From Bacteroidales bacterium (GTDB taxonomy: Bacteria; Bacteroidota; Bacteroidia; Bacteroidales; WRGA01), in contig JAVBLR010000001.1 in the NCBI GenBank assembly GCA_031553395.1, positions 294,846 to 358,845 on the forward strand: 64,000 nt of DNA. Reading direction: 5' to 3'. Shown one piece after another: positions 1 through 9,782 of this stretch. The position numbers were made by a program, and so were the translations under genes. Numbering within the stretch: position 1 is the first letter of the stretch; the number at the start of each line of letters is the position of its first letter. Below the pieces are notes generated by a model. That model did not search any database. It was not told where the DNA came from and saw nothing but the letters and a program-made list of their open reading frames with translations.

Positions 1-350
1 AATAAAGCATAACATCGATAGAATCTATCTTATTATTGATAACAGAATCGGGAAAAGCATTTCCTTCTGTACAGAAAAACTGACACATATAGTCAGACTT
101 CAGTGAACCGAAAATGGGGTCATCAAATTGTCCGAGTAGCCCATTGACCGATTTTGCACAAATAGAATCTACTTTGATCGTGGAAGTATTAGATGCTAAA
201 GAAATTGTATCTGCAAATACAAAAACGTCATCTTCCGAGGGTTGTACATCCAATCCGATAGAATTCAGATCATCATTGCAGGCAGTTGTTAAAGAAAGAA
301 TAGCTACAACGAGAAGTGTAGCTAAAGAACCTATTTTCATTTATTTATAA
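1..350 (-). CDS. Lipoprotein, 5' portion only (gene continues beyond window start); DUF4270-like
   Basis: Minus-strand translation from ATG at 348-350 gives MKIGSLATLLVVAILSLTTACNDDLNSIGLDVQPSEDD..., a lipoprotein signal peptide plus lipobox Cys. The reading frame stays open to position 1. The listed + strand ORF 114..350 is its antisense shadow. Confidence 0.5.
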
Positions 351-362
351 TTTCAAAATTAT

Positions 363-1184
363 TTATTCCAAAACTTTATCATAAAAGTCATTGTATGCAT
401 CAATATAGCCTTCGGACTCTTGATGTGGCAAAAATAGCTTTTTTGATTTTTGTGTGTAGTCTAATAAAGTATTATTAACATTATCACTTCCTTGTATTAC
501 TCCATCGGAAAAATCTATAGCCAATTTGTTTAAAGCTTCATAATCAATAGTTTTAGTTATGGATGAAAGATGATTTTGTTCTATCCCATCCAATAGCAAT
601 TTATTAGCAAATGATTTCTCAAAGGGCTTCTCAAAAGAGTTTTCGTATAAAGAATAAATAACTTTAGAATTCCGGAATGAAGGTTCGTCGCTATAAGCTT
701 TTTTAATATAAATAGGAGCTAATGCGGTAAGCCAACCATGACAATGTACAATATCGGGAGTCCAACGCAATTTTTTTACAGTTTCCAATACTCCTCTGAT
801 AAAAAATATAGCACGTTCTTCGTTATTATTAAAATCAAGAACATTTACATCTTCTCCATTTTCCGCCATAGACTTACGAGGAAAATAATCTTCATTATCA
901 ATAAAATATACTTGCATCCGGGCAGCTTGAATGGAAGCTACTTTAATAATAAGCGGATGATCGGTATCATCAATAATAAGATTCATTCCCGACAAGCGGA
1001 TAACTTCATGCAGTTGGTTACGCCTTTCATTGATGCTTCCGTATTTAGGCATAAAAGTCCTGATTTCCCGGCCTTTTTCTTGCGTAGCTTGCGGTAATTG
1101 TCTACTAATAGATGCGATTTCCGTTTCCGGCAGATAAGGGGTTATTTCTTGCGAAATAAAGAGTATCCTGGTATTCTTTGTCAT
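363..1184 (-). CDS. Short-form glycogen/starch synthase-like glycosyltransferase (GT5 N-terminal catalytic domain)
   Basis: 273 aa. The VHCHGWLTALAPIYIKK motif resembles the GlgA HxHDWH region, and 270-aa short glycogen synthases are typical of Bacteroidota. Confidence 0.55.
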   Translation of the reverse strand: MTKNTRILFISQEITPYLPETEIASISRQLPQATQEKGREIRTFMPKYGSINERRNQLHEVIRLSGMNLIIDDTDHPLIIKVASIQAARMQVYFIDNEDYFPRKSMAENGEDVNVLDFNNNEERAIFFIRGVLETVKKLRWTPDIVHCHGWLTALAPIYIKKAYSDEPSFRNSKVIYSLYENSFEKPFEKSFANKLLLDGIEQNHLSSITKTIDYEALNKLAIDFSDGVIQGSDNVNNTLLDYTQKSKKLFLPHQESEGYIDAYNDFYDKVLE

Positions 1185-1318
1185 ACTTAAACCTTAATTC
1201 AAAGATAATGGCTTTGCAAAATTAACGATAAATTCCTTAAGTTGTATCTTTCTTGATTCGAAACTTATTTTTATAGACGGAGTTTAAAGGGAAAAGTTGC
1301 AGTTATGACAAAAAAAAT

Positions 1319-1382
1319 TGAAGAAAAAAGAAAGAAGTGTGGAGTTTGAATTCAAACTCCACACTTCTTTCTTTTTTCTTCA
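1319..1382. terminator. 64-nt perfect palindrome (32-bp stem) centred on GAATTC; intrinsic terminator for the hexokinase gene (minus strand; A8 run at 1310-1317 gives a U-tract)
   Basis: AAGAAAAAAGAAAGAAGTGTGGAGTTTGAA|TTCAAACTCCACACTTCTTTCTTTTTTCTT read directly; 9 nt after the hexokinase stop. Confidence 0.6.
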
Positions 1383-1390
1383 CATATCTT

Positions 1391-2599
1391 TCACGATAAT
1401 GCTGCAATTGCAGACCCAATAAGATTAGGGTCTTTCATTTCGTTAATGACAGTGACACTTATATCTTTTGGTAGCAAACTCTGAAGTTCTTTCGAAACAA
1501 GATTCTTATAATATGGACTATTATCCTTATCCTTACCCCAAAAAACACTTCCGTCTGCAGCCAAACATATCTTTTTAATTGAAGAATCCTGCGCAATCAA
1601 CACTTGAACCAACCCGGCAAGTGATGCGGCAACAAGTTTTGCAGACCTGTCGTAAATCCAGCAGGCAACAGTTGTGTGTTTTTCAAGATGTTCTTCCGGT
1701 TTATTGATCGTATTCGCTAAATCTCCACCATCAAAATCATATTTGATTTTTTCATGAGAAAAAAAAGTTTTAAATATTTCTCCCAAATATCCACCCGAAA
1801 TAGCTTTCTCAAAACGTTGTTGTCCTTTATTATTTGACATGGCATCAACTAAGCCGTCGATAACGGTCATGTAAGGAGGAGTGAAATTGCCAGACTCAAG
1901 ATTAACAGGAATTACATTACTATCCTTGTTATTAAGTTTTTCTATTTTATCAACTCTCATCAAGCTCGCCATATTTGTGCCAGTTCCCACAATTAAACCT
2001 ATATATGAATCGTATCCGGGAGCGCTAAGTCCAGCAAATAAACAAGCAACAGTGTCATTAATTACTTTGATATCAGTAAATGTAGTATTAATGCCTTTGT
2101 ATGTATTCAGATACTTAATTAATGGTTCTCCTAATGGATTATTTATCATATCGGGAATATTAATTCCTTTGGTCCAACGAAGAAGTATTGCGTCGCCATT
2201 AAGCCTAGACGCAGCTGGGTAAGAAAAGCAAAAACCAATTTGAGTAACCTCTTTATCCAGATTTTTTAGTTCGCTGATTGTAGCAGCCATTTCCCTAAAC
2301 AAATCTTCTTGTTTAAAACTGGCTGTTTCTTTTGCCGAAAGAAGTTTCTTTTTTATTTCGTTATCAATGATGGACGGTTTGCCATTTTCAAATTTAACAA
2401 TTGCTGCTCTGAAATTTGTTCCACCCCAATCAAGAACAAGGACTTTCCCATTTGTAATATCTTTTTTCGGATGAATGTGGGTAGGAATATCTGAAATTTC
2501 CAACCCATCTTTTTTAAGACCTTCTTCAATTTTACCTTGCAGATTATTTGCAATTGTTTTTAGTTCTTCGGTTGTTAATTCGAAAATGTTCTTTTCCAT
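1391..2599 (-). CDS. Hexokinase (eukaryotic-type hexokinase family)
   Basis: 402 aa; LDWGGTNFRAA matches the hexokinase phosphate-1 motif (LDLGGTNFR); two-lobe length is appropriate. Confidence 0.75.
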   Translation of the reverse strand: MEKNIFELTTEELKTIANNLQGKIEEGLKKDGLEISDIPTHIHPKKDITNGKVLVLDWGGTNFRAAIVKFENGKPSIIDNEIKKKLLSAKETASFKQEDLFREMAATISELKNLDKEVTQIGFCFSYPAASRLNGDAILLRWTKGINIPDMINNPLGEPLIKYLNTYKGINTTFTDIKVINDTVACLFAGLSAPGYDSYIGLIVGTGTNMASLMRVDKIEKLNNKDSNVIPVNLESGNFTPPYMTVIDGLVDAMSNNKGQQRFEKAISGGYLGEIFKTFFSHEKIKYDFDGGDLANTINKPEEHLEKHTTVACWIYDRSAKLVAASLAGLVQVLIAQDSSIKKICLAADGSVFWGKDKDNSPYYKNLVSKELQSLLPKDISVTVINEMKDPNLIGSAIAALS

Positions 2600-2784
2600 G
2601 GTTTATTTATTAAGTTTAAAATTAGGATTTTTGAGTGTTTGCAAATATAATAATCTTTTTTGAGTGCAACAAAGGATTATTCGTTGTGGAAAAGAGATTT
2701 CAAACAAAAACTGGGAAAACTTTCGGGATTATCGTTTTGTTTTATCGTAAATTTATTTACCTTTGCAACCGCAAAATAAAAAAG

Positions 2785-2858
2785 GGTCCGGTAGCTCAGC
2801 TGGATAGAGCAACAGCCTTCTAAGCTGTGGGTCTTGAGTTCGAATCTCAACCGGATCA
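2785..2858 (+). tRNA. tRNA-Arg (anticodon TCT)
   Basis: Cloverleaf folded by hand. Acceptor GGTCCGG/CCGGATC (one GU), D-stem GCTC/GAGC, anticodon stem ACAGC/GCTGT with loop CTTCTAA, T-stem TTGAG/CTCAA with loop TTCGAAT, discriminator A; CCA not encoded. Confidence 0.85.
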
Positions 2859-2863
2859 CTTAA

Positions 2864-2898
2864 AAAACGGTATTGTAAATTATTTACAATACCGTTTT
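2864..2898. terminator. Bidirectional intrinsic terminator (perfect 17-bp palindromic stem flanked by A6 and T6)
   Basis: AAAACGGTATTGTAAAT/ATTTACAATACCGTTTT. Serves tRNA-Arg (+) and the convergent DUF169 gene (-). Confidence 0.75.
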
Positions 2899-2920
2899 TT
2901 CCTTTTCTAAAGAACCACTA

Positions 2921-3634
2921 TTACGGTTTATTAATTCTATCACGCAATTTGCTCCATGCAGGTGTTCCGAATAAGCTGCTATTTCTCATGGTATGGTACA
3001 TTTCTTTGAATCTCGACATAGGTATCACAAAGCTGAGGGTATTCTCTTCTAAATGGGGACGAACAGACAGGTCGAAACAGCCTATAAATGTTCGTCTGCC
3101 GTTCTTCTTGTTTTCAATAACAGCATCCGTTATCACAGTAGAGCAACCCGAACCAAACCTTGATGTAACCGCATTGTCCGAGTTGTTATCGAAATAAGCC
3201 CATGTAGCCAAAGCCGACAGAATATCGGGAGCAGCAAAGAATATGATTCCTTCTATATCATTAAAGCTCTCAATCCGATCTATTCGGTTTATATTGAGGT
3301 ATTTTTTATCTGTTTTGGGTACTCCGGTTTGCTTTAAGAAGTCGAGCATTAGCTCCGGCGTCTCTTTGTCTTTTTCTTTTACAGACACAAAATTAGGAAC
3401 GTGAGTAGGCATCTCCGTAAATCCGGTATAGAATTTTCCACCGCCGCAACCTATATTTTCAACATTCAGGCTTATAGAATTCCCATCTCTCACATTTCTT
3501 ATCTCTTTAAAAAAGCAACCATTAATTTTTTCTGTTTGCGCAATAGGTTTATCAGAATACCAGAAAGCAAGAGGTAGTTCAGCTGATTCTCCAAATGCTT
3601 CTTTATAGCTATTAATGAATGATGTAACTTCCAT
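2921..3634 (-). CDS. DUF169-like protein (start trimmed to MEVTSF...)
   Basis: ORF 2921..3700. The internal Met at 3634 gives ~238 aa, the usual DUF169 size. Conserved GCGGG and Cys/His-rich core; the family call is from memory. Confidence 0.5.
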   Translation of the reverse strand: MEVTSFINSYKEAFGESAELPLAFWYSDKPIAQTEKINGCFFKEIRNVRDGNSISLNVENIGCGGGKFYTGFTEMPTHVPNFVSVKEKDKETPELMLDFLKQTGVPKTDKKYLNINRIDRIESFNDIEGIIFFAAPDILSALATWAYFDNNSDNAVTSRFGSGCSTVITDAVIENKKNGRRTFIGCFDLSVRPHLEENTLSFVIPMSRFKEMYHTMRNSSLFGTPAWSKLRDRINKP

Positions 3635-3683
3635 GTCTTTTGATTTTGAGGTTATAATACCTGTTTTTCTTTTTTCACGGTTT

Positions 3684-4037
3684 TTATATCGAAATAACAA
3701 TGACTACTAATAGTAAGAAAGTTTGAACAGTTCCCCATATTTGTGTCATGCGTATGTTTTCAAGAAATACCAAATCTGTTAGTGCCGCATCCCGAAGTTG
3801 GTCTGCAATAATAACGTTATTATTAATACAAGGCCCGAGAACAAACGTTCCGAAGAGTATTTGCAAGACTATCATTATCCACTTAACTATAATCCAAATG
3901 TGCTTGAAAAATTCCCAATTTGTCCATATGCTGTAAATCAATCCTGTCACATTATACTTAAAACAACAAGTTCTTTGATAAAAAAGTTTACAAATACTTA
4001 TTTTGATAAGGTTATATAAGTCTTTTAATATATACAT
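3684..4037 (-). CDS. Possible small hydrophobic membrane protein (uncertain)
   Basis: 117-aa ORF with two hydrophobic stretches in an AT-rich promoter-proximal region; no family recognised. Confidence 0.2.
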   Translation of the reverse strand: MYILKDLYNLIKISICKLFYQRTCCFKYNVTGLIYSIWTNWEFFKHIWIIVKWIMIVLQILFGTFVLGPCINNNVIIADQLRDAALTDLVFLENIRMTQIWGTVQTFLLLVVIVISI

Positions 4038-4271
4038 TTTTTTTAATTTTTAACATAAGAAATTTGACTTGAAATCTTAATTTTTGGAACTTTGTTCCGT
4101 GAACAATCGTTCATTTTTTTTGTATTTATAAGAATAAAAGAACATTTGAATTTGTATTATAGGACTAATCTGCTTGCATACAAAATATTATCTTTCTAGT
4201 AGAAAATTTAAGAATATGAAGACAAACATATAAAATATGAACGTTTCCATATTTAATATGAAAATATACAC

Positions 4272-6833
4272 ATGAAGTATAGGATTACATTCTTAGTTGC
4301 TTGTTTACTATTTACGGGTTTAATAACCGGACAAAATACAATAATAAAAGGATTTATAACAGATTCTATCTCAGGAGAAAGATTGGATTATGCCTCTATA
4401 TCAATTGAAGGAACAACCATTGGAACAACCACCGATTCAAACGGTAATTTTACATTATCAACCGATTCAAAAACAAAAGGGCTGTTAAGAGTTTTTTTCA
4501 TGGGTTATAATGAAAAAATAGTAAAATTCACGCCAGGAAAAACAAATACACTTACCATACAATTAGTACCCACATCATTTACATTGCCTGAAGTAGTTAT
4601 CAGACCGGGAAAAGAAAAGTACAGTAAAAAAGATAATCCGGCTGTGATATTTGCAAAAAATGTAATTGCTTCAAGAAACCGGAATAACCCGTTAAATCAC
4701 GAATATTTCCAGTACGACCATTATCAGAAGATAGTTTTGGCTGCCAATGATTATCAGGCCAAGCCAAAACGGGAAGATGGAAAAATAAGGAAATTAGACT
4801 TCCTTTCGGATTATGTCGACACCTTGAATACAGGTAAAACTATCCTTCCTTTATCCGAAAAAGAAAAAATAGAAACTGTTTATTACAGGAAAGAACCCAA
4901 AAGTGAAAGGCGGGTAGTAAAAGGATTTAAATCTGCCGGAGTAGATGATTTTCTGTCCCATGATGGTGTTCAGCAGTTTTTGGAAGAGGTTTTTCATGAA
5001 ATGAATATTTTTCAGAATGATATTCCATTGCTTCAACTCAGGTTTGTAAGCCCTCTTTCTACTATAGGTCCCGATTATTATAAGTACTATTTAAGAGACA
5101 CTATAGTTGTAGACGGAGAGCTTTGTGCAAACCTGGAATTTGCTCCTTTTAATTCCGAATCTTTTGGCTTTACAGGCTATTTATTTGTAACGCTTGATTC
5201 GACATTTTTTGTAAAAAAAGCATTGATATATGTGCCAAGAACCATTAATCTGAATTATACAAAAAACATGAGTATAGAGCAGGAATATAAGCGTACAGAT
5301 GATGGAACAAGGCTTATCATAAAAGATGATATAAATGTAGATTTTAAACTGTCTGAAAAATCAAAAGGTTTGTATGCCAGACGTCTAAGTGTATATACGA
5401 ATCAGTCATTTAGTCCACCGGATGATGAAGATATTTTCAAACAAAGCAATCCTGTTATTGTGTTGGATGATGCTAAGAAAATGAAAGAAGATTTTTGGAA
5501 ATCAATTCGCCCGGCTGATGCAGTTAAACGAAATCCGAATACAGTAGCCAAATTAATGGCTCAATTACGTACTATTCCGGTATTCAGTATAACAGAAAAA
5601 GCTGTTTCCATTCTTGCATCCGGGTATATTCCAACGAATGGAGATAAAGAGAAAAGTAAATTTGAGATTGGACCGGCAAATACTTTTATTAGCGGCAATG
5701 CAATTGAAGGCGCTCGTTTCCGTATGGGAGGAAGTACAACTACCGCTTTTAATAAAAGATTGTTTTTGGAGGGATATGGAGCATACGGAACCAAAGATGA
5801 AATATTCAAATATGATGGATTAATCGAATATTCCTTTAATGATAAAAAGGAATACCGGAGAGAATTTCCTCTTCGTTCTATCCGTGCAGAGTATAATTAT
5901 GATATTAATCAACTGGGACAACATTATATGTACACCAGTAAAGATAATGTATTTATTGCTTGGAAACGACAAAAAGATGATCGTGCCACTTATTTACGAA
6001 ATGCCGAATTAACTTTTAGTAGCGAGTACTATAATGGAATAGGATATAATATCATTGCCCGGAATATGAAAGAATATTCGACAGAATATGCCGTATTTGA
6101 TGAAATTGGGGCAGATGGGCAAATTACGCCGTTGAATTCTTACACAATGAGTGAATTGGAGTTCAGGTTTCGGTATGCGCCACATGAAAAATTCTATCAA
6201 ACCCGTAATTTAAGGTATCCAATTACATTTGATGTTCCGATATTCAATCTTAGCCATGTAACAGCTCAGAAAGGTTTTTTGGGTTCTTCTTACACCTACA
6301 ATCGCACGGATTTCAGATTTGAAAGGCGTTTTTGGTTTTCGGCATTTGGTTACGTCGATTTTATAGGGAAAGCCGGTAAAGTTTGGAATAAAGTTCCTTA
6401 TCCATTATTGGTAATACCTAATGCCAATCTTTCTTATACCATTCAGCCAGAGTCATATACAAATATGAATGCGATGGAATTCTTGAGTGATGAGTATTTA
6501 TCATGGGATGCAACTTATTATATGAATGGGCTTATACTGAATCGATTGCCGTTAATTAAAAAGTTGAGATGTAGGGAAGTAATTTCTTTCCGCGGTTTGT
6601 ATGGAAATTTAACAGATAAAAATAACCCTGCTATCAATGGCGAAGGCCTATTTCAATTTCCGGCAGGTTCCTACGCTATGGACGGAAATAGTACACCTTA
6701 CATGGAAATGGGTGTTGGAATAGAAAATATACTTAATTTTATCCGGTTAGATTATGTTTGGAGATTAACATACAGAGATAATCCCAATATACAGAAAACA
6801 GGTGTTCGTTTTGCTGTAAAATTCTCATTTTAA
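4272..6833 (+). CDS. CarboxypepD_reg-like domain + DUF5686 domain protein (secreted)
   Basis: 853 aa. Signal peptide, then an N-terminal IIKGFITDSISGERLDYASISIEG carboxypeptidase-regulatory-like beta-sandwich, then a long C-terminal region typical of Bacteroidota DUF5686 proteins. Confidence 0.6.
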   Translation: MKYRITFLVACLLFTGLITGQNTIIKGFITDSISGERLDYASISIEGTTIGTTTDSNGNFTLSTDSKTKGLLRVFFMGYNEKIVKFTPGKTNTLTIQLVPTSFTLPEVVIRPGKEKYSKKDNPAVIFAKNVIASRNRNNPLNHEYFQYDHYQKIVLAANDYQAKPKREDGKIRKLDFLSDYVDTLNTGKTILPLSEKEKIETVYYRKEPKSERRVVKGFKSAGVDDFLSHDGVQQFLEEVFHEMNIFQNDIPLLQLRFVSPLSTIGPDYYKYYLRDTIVVDGELCANLEFAPFNSESFGFTGYLFVTLDSTFFVKKALIYVPRTINLNYTKNMSIEQEYKRTDDGTRLIIKDDINVDFKLSEKSKGLYARRLSVYTNQSFSPPDDEDIFKQSNPVIVLDDAKKMKEDFWKSIRPADAVKRNPNTVAKLMAQLRTIPVFSITEKAVSILASGYIPTNGDKEKSKFEIGPANTFISGNAIEGARFRMGGSTTTAFNKRLFLEGYGAYGTKDEIFKYDGLIEYSFNDKKEYRREFPLRSIRAEYNYDINQLGQHYMYTSKDNVFIAWKRQKDDRATYLRNAELTFSSEYYNGIGYNIIARNMKEYSTEYAVFDEIGADGQITPLNSYTMSELEFRFRYAPHEKFYQTRNLRYPITFDVPIFNLSHVTAQKGFLGSSYTYNRTDFRFERRFWFSAFGYVDFIGKAGKVWNKVPYPLLVIPNANLSYTIQPESYTNMNAMEFLSDEYLSWDATYYMNGLILNRLPLIKKLRCREVISFRGLYGNLTDKNNPAINGEGLFQFPAGSYAMDGNSTPYMEMGVGIENILNFIRLDYVWRLTYRDNPNIQKTGVRFAVKFSF

Positions 6834-6894
6834 AATAATGAAAGTTGAAAATGATTGATTCATTTTCAACTTTCATTTGTTAAAAAATTACACT

Positions 6895-8211
6895 TTACTG
6901 TGGTTTCGCAAATTCGACCATGTTTTTGAAACTGCCGTCTTCATTAAAGGAAATCATATACTTCCTGTCCACATTTATTATGTATCCATTTTGGTCGTGA
7001 AAGAGAGAATAAATTGCTTTGTTCTCATAGTTTTTGTTCAGGTAATCAATGGTTACAGCCGGAAGTTTTTCAACGATCTTTGAAGGTAAGCTCAGATAAA
7101 CCGCAGCTCCGTTTTCTATACGAAAAGTATTGATCCTAGTCCAATTGCCATCCATATCCGTTTCAACGGTAATATCATGATCTTCGCCTTCATATAAAAA
7201 CGTATAATCGTACACATAAGCACCTACAAGTGTGATTCCGTTCGGATATACATGTTTGTATGACCCAGTGAAATAATCCGATACCAGTTTGTTCGGCTTT
7301 TCAACAGGAGGAGGAACAATACCCGTATTTTCGTTTACCAGTAAATCTTTATTTTTGAAACGGAAACCATAATTTCCGTTCCCGTAAGAGGCCATAATTC
7401 GTATTCCTCCCAAATTACTTTGGTTTTTAAAAGCGTCGGAAATACTTGCCGACATTTCATTTTCGGTTATTGTGCCCAATAATGTTTCGGCGCCGGATGT
7501 GTTACTTACTAAGTCATTTATTTCAGCATGTATCCAATCTGCATTTTCATCGAAACTGATAGTCAATACATTTCCCATAAACAGGCGATAAGCTGTTCCT
7601 TCCGTTTCAGTCAGTTTGAATATATTTCCTATTATACTTTCCGATGTGATTCGATTGCGTGTCAAAAAATCCGTGATTTTCGACAATATTTTATCATCCG
7701 TAATATTCGCTTCAGCCAATGTTGTACCACTGTATGCAAGCAATTGAGTTTGAGCGTATCTTTTTGTTCCGTTATCCAATGTAATTATTATAGTGTGATC
7801 ATAAAAAGGCGAAAGTGATGTAATCTTTGCTTGAGGTTCTTTTCTGATCAAACATTGATAAACATATTCGTCCAATATGTCGGTAGCAGACGACGGAATT
7901 CCATCTTTGGCCGATATATTAACCCAATTTCCGCCAGAATTAAAAGCAACATAAATATTTCCTTCCAAAAGTGCATATAGGCTTGCGGTTTCTTTACTTG
8001 TTCCCCCTCCTGTTGATCGCAATTCCGAAAATGTGGGAGGTTCATAACTGACGGAAATTATCTTATTATCGGGAAAGTATTGAGCCAAAAACTCCTGGGA
8101 GGAAAGAGACAAATCTTCAATCTGTGGGTTTGACGGATTGTCATCATCGTTGCAACTGCCGAGAGTAATTATAACTGTCAGCAAAAATAAAATCAAATTC
8201 TTTTTTTTCAT
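6895..8211 (-). CDS. Lipoprotein, unknown function
   Basis: 438 aa; MKKKNLILFLLTVIITLGSCNDDDN lipobox. Confidence 0.6.
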   Translation of the reverse strand: MKKKNLILFLLTVIITLGSCNDDDNPSNPQIEDLSLSSQEFLAQYFPDNKIISVSYEPPTFSELRSTGGGTSKETASLYALLEGNIYVAFNSGGNWVNISAKDGIPSSATDILDEYVYQCLIRKEPQAKITSLSPFYDHTIIITLDNGTKRYAQTQLLAYSGTTLAEANITDDKILSKITDFLTRNRITSESIIGNIFKLTETEGTAYRLFMGNVLTISFDENADWIHAEINDLVSNTSGAETLLGTITENEMSASISDAFKNQSNLGGIRIMASYGNGNYGFRFKNKDLLVNENTGIVPPPVEKPNKLVSDYFTGSYKHVYPNGITLVGAYVYDYTFLYEGEDHDITVETDMDGNWTRINTFRIENGAAVYLSLPSKIVEKLPAVTIDYLNKNYENKAIYSLFHDQNGYIINVDRKYMISFNEDGSFKNMVEFAKPQ

Positions 8212-8406
8212 ATTGAAGGATATTATACATTTCTATGTTATTTTGACACATAGAAAAATTGAGTCCCAAAATTAGCTTATTTCGGTGGTAGAACCTTATT
8301 TGGAGCAGAAAATATAATCGGAATTAATAAATTTTAAGCCAATAAAATACTTGCCAAATCAAAATCTAACAATGAGGTTGATAGGTAAACAGTCTATAGT
8401 AATTGC

Positions 8407-9105
8407 TTAATCAACAATAATACCCCGCATTTTTAAATTATATATAAAATAACTTTCGGGAATATTTTTATCCGATTTATTCAAATAGTAATAAAGTGTT
8501 TCAGTATGGTCATTTAAGTTGTAGACATTAATGTAGTATTTTTCATCATCTTCAAAACTTACAATACAAAATACAGTATCATTAACCCAGAAAGCAGCAT
8601 CGGCAATGCTGGATATTCCCCGAAATGATATCATTTTGTTTAATTTATTTGCACAATCGATAAAACGAATTTCTTGGCAATCATCCGAACCTTCATAATG
8701 CCATTTACCATCGGCTTTTTTCTCGAAGATAGATCTTCTCTCAAACATATCGATATAACGTTCTTTGTTGGGAGAATAATCTCTTAATTCGGGAGTATAT
8801 TTTTCACAAAGTTCGGGATTGAATTTTTCATAATAGATACTCAACGCATCATCTGGCTTTGATAGGTCTATTTTTGTTACTTCTTTCAATCTGAATTTTG
8901 ATAAATTAATCACGTAGAAGTCAAGCCAATTCTTAAGAACCGGTTCATATTCTTTTACGAAGTTAGTTTCCATAAAAGGATAGTCCGGATGTTGTATTTC
9001 ATCCTCGAAATTAGTCGTTTGTGCTTTTGTAATATAGATATTTCCGATTAGGAATATCAGTATAGTTATTATCAGATGATTATTCATTTTGTTATTCCTT
9101 TTCAT
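8407..9105 (-). CDS. Secreted hypothetical protein
   Basis: 232 aa; N-terminal signal peptide; 4-bp gap to the downstream DUF4269 gene. Confidence 0.55.
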   Translation of the reverse strand: MKRNNKMNNHLIITILIFLIGNIYITKAQTTNFEDEIQHPDYPFMETNFVKEYEPVLKNWLDFYVINLSKFRLKEVTKIDLSKPDDALSIYYEKFNPELCEKYTPELRDYSPNKERYIDMFERRSIFEKKADGKWHYEGSDDCQEIRFIDCANKLNKMISFRGISSIADAAFWVNDTVFCIVSFEDDEKYYINVYNLNDHTETLYYYLNKSDKNIPESYFIYNLKMRGIIVD

Positions 9106-9108
9106 GCG

Positions 9109-9699
9109 TTATTTTATATTTTTCACATTTTGGTCATATGGAAACTCGCGTAAAATATCATTGCCTTTGGTGAAGGTTTTTTCATGCTCGTTTTCATATT
9201 TTAATAGTTCCGTATATGGATTTCCTTCTATATTTAATAACATTGCAAATGCAGGCTCGGTTTTATATCCTTGCTTTTTGAGATTAATAATTTGTTTTCT
9301 GAATTCTTCTCCTTTTTCATTTAATAGCTGATATTCAATAAGCATGTGACGATAGGCAAATTGCTGCTTGGATGGGATATTTTGTCCAAAAACTTCAATT
9401 TCAAATTCATTTATATTGAAATTAGCAACAATTGAACCATCCTCTTTTTCATAAACATGAAAACCCTTTTCTTTTTCAAAACTGGCATTTAAGGTACTTG
9501 TAAAATGTTCTTTGTTTGTAAAATAACAAATTATATCAATGTCGCTTGTTTCAATGTCAATATTGATAGGAATTGTACCTACAACAATAGGAGAAAACTC
9601 TGTAAGCTTCAACAATATATTATTTTCCGTTAAAGTAGAATATGCTTTTCTTTGTTTTTTATTTCCTGATTTTAAATATGTTATATCAATAAAATTCAT
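9109..9699 (-). CDS. DUF4269-like minimal nucleotidyltransferase (pol-beta superfamily)
   Basis: 196 aa. VVGTIPINIDIETSDIDIICY matches the G[ST]x9-13 DhD nucleotidyltransferase signature. Confidence 0.55.
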   Translation of the reverse strand: MNFIDITYLKSGNKKQRKAYSTLTENNILLKLTEFSPIVVGTIPINIDIETSDIDIICYFTNKEHFTSTLNASFEKEKGFHVYEKEDGSIVANFNINEFEIEVFGQNIPSKQQFAYRHMLIEYQLLNEKGEEFRKQIINLKKQGYKTEPAFAMLLNIEGNPYTELLKYENEHEKTFTKGNDILREFPYDQNVKNIK

Positions 9700-9724
9700 T
9701 TAATATCTTCTACCTTTTTTTGAT

Positions 9725-9770
9725 TTGTTGCTTGTTATTGATTTTTATATTAATCAATAACAAACAACAA
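9725..9770. repeat. Intergenic inverted-repeat hairpin of the GTTATT/AACAA family (19-bp stem, 1 mismatch)
   Basis: TTGTTGCTTGTTATTGATT ... AATCAATAACAAACAACAA between the A2M stop and the DUF4269 start. Confidence 0.6.
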
Positions 9771-9782
9771 AATTCTTAACTC

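Noticed and set aside
114-350. 78-aa + strand ORF at the window start
   Set aside because: It lies antisense to a much better minus-strand gene (lipoprotein with signal peptide and lipobox starting at 350). It has no start context and a low-complexity product.
2635-2859. Two 60-62-aa ORFs overlapping the tRNA-Arg gene on both strands
   Set aside because: They overlap a confidently folded tRNA and terminator and are AT-rich promoter-region noise.
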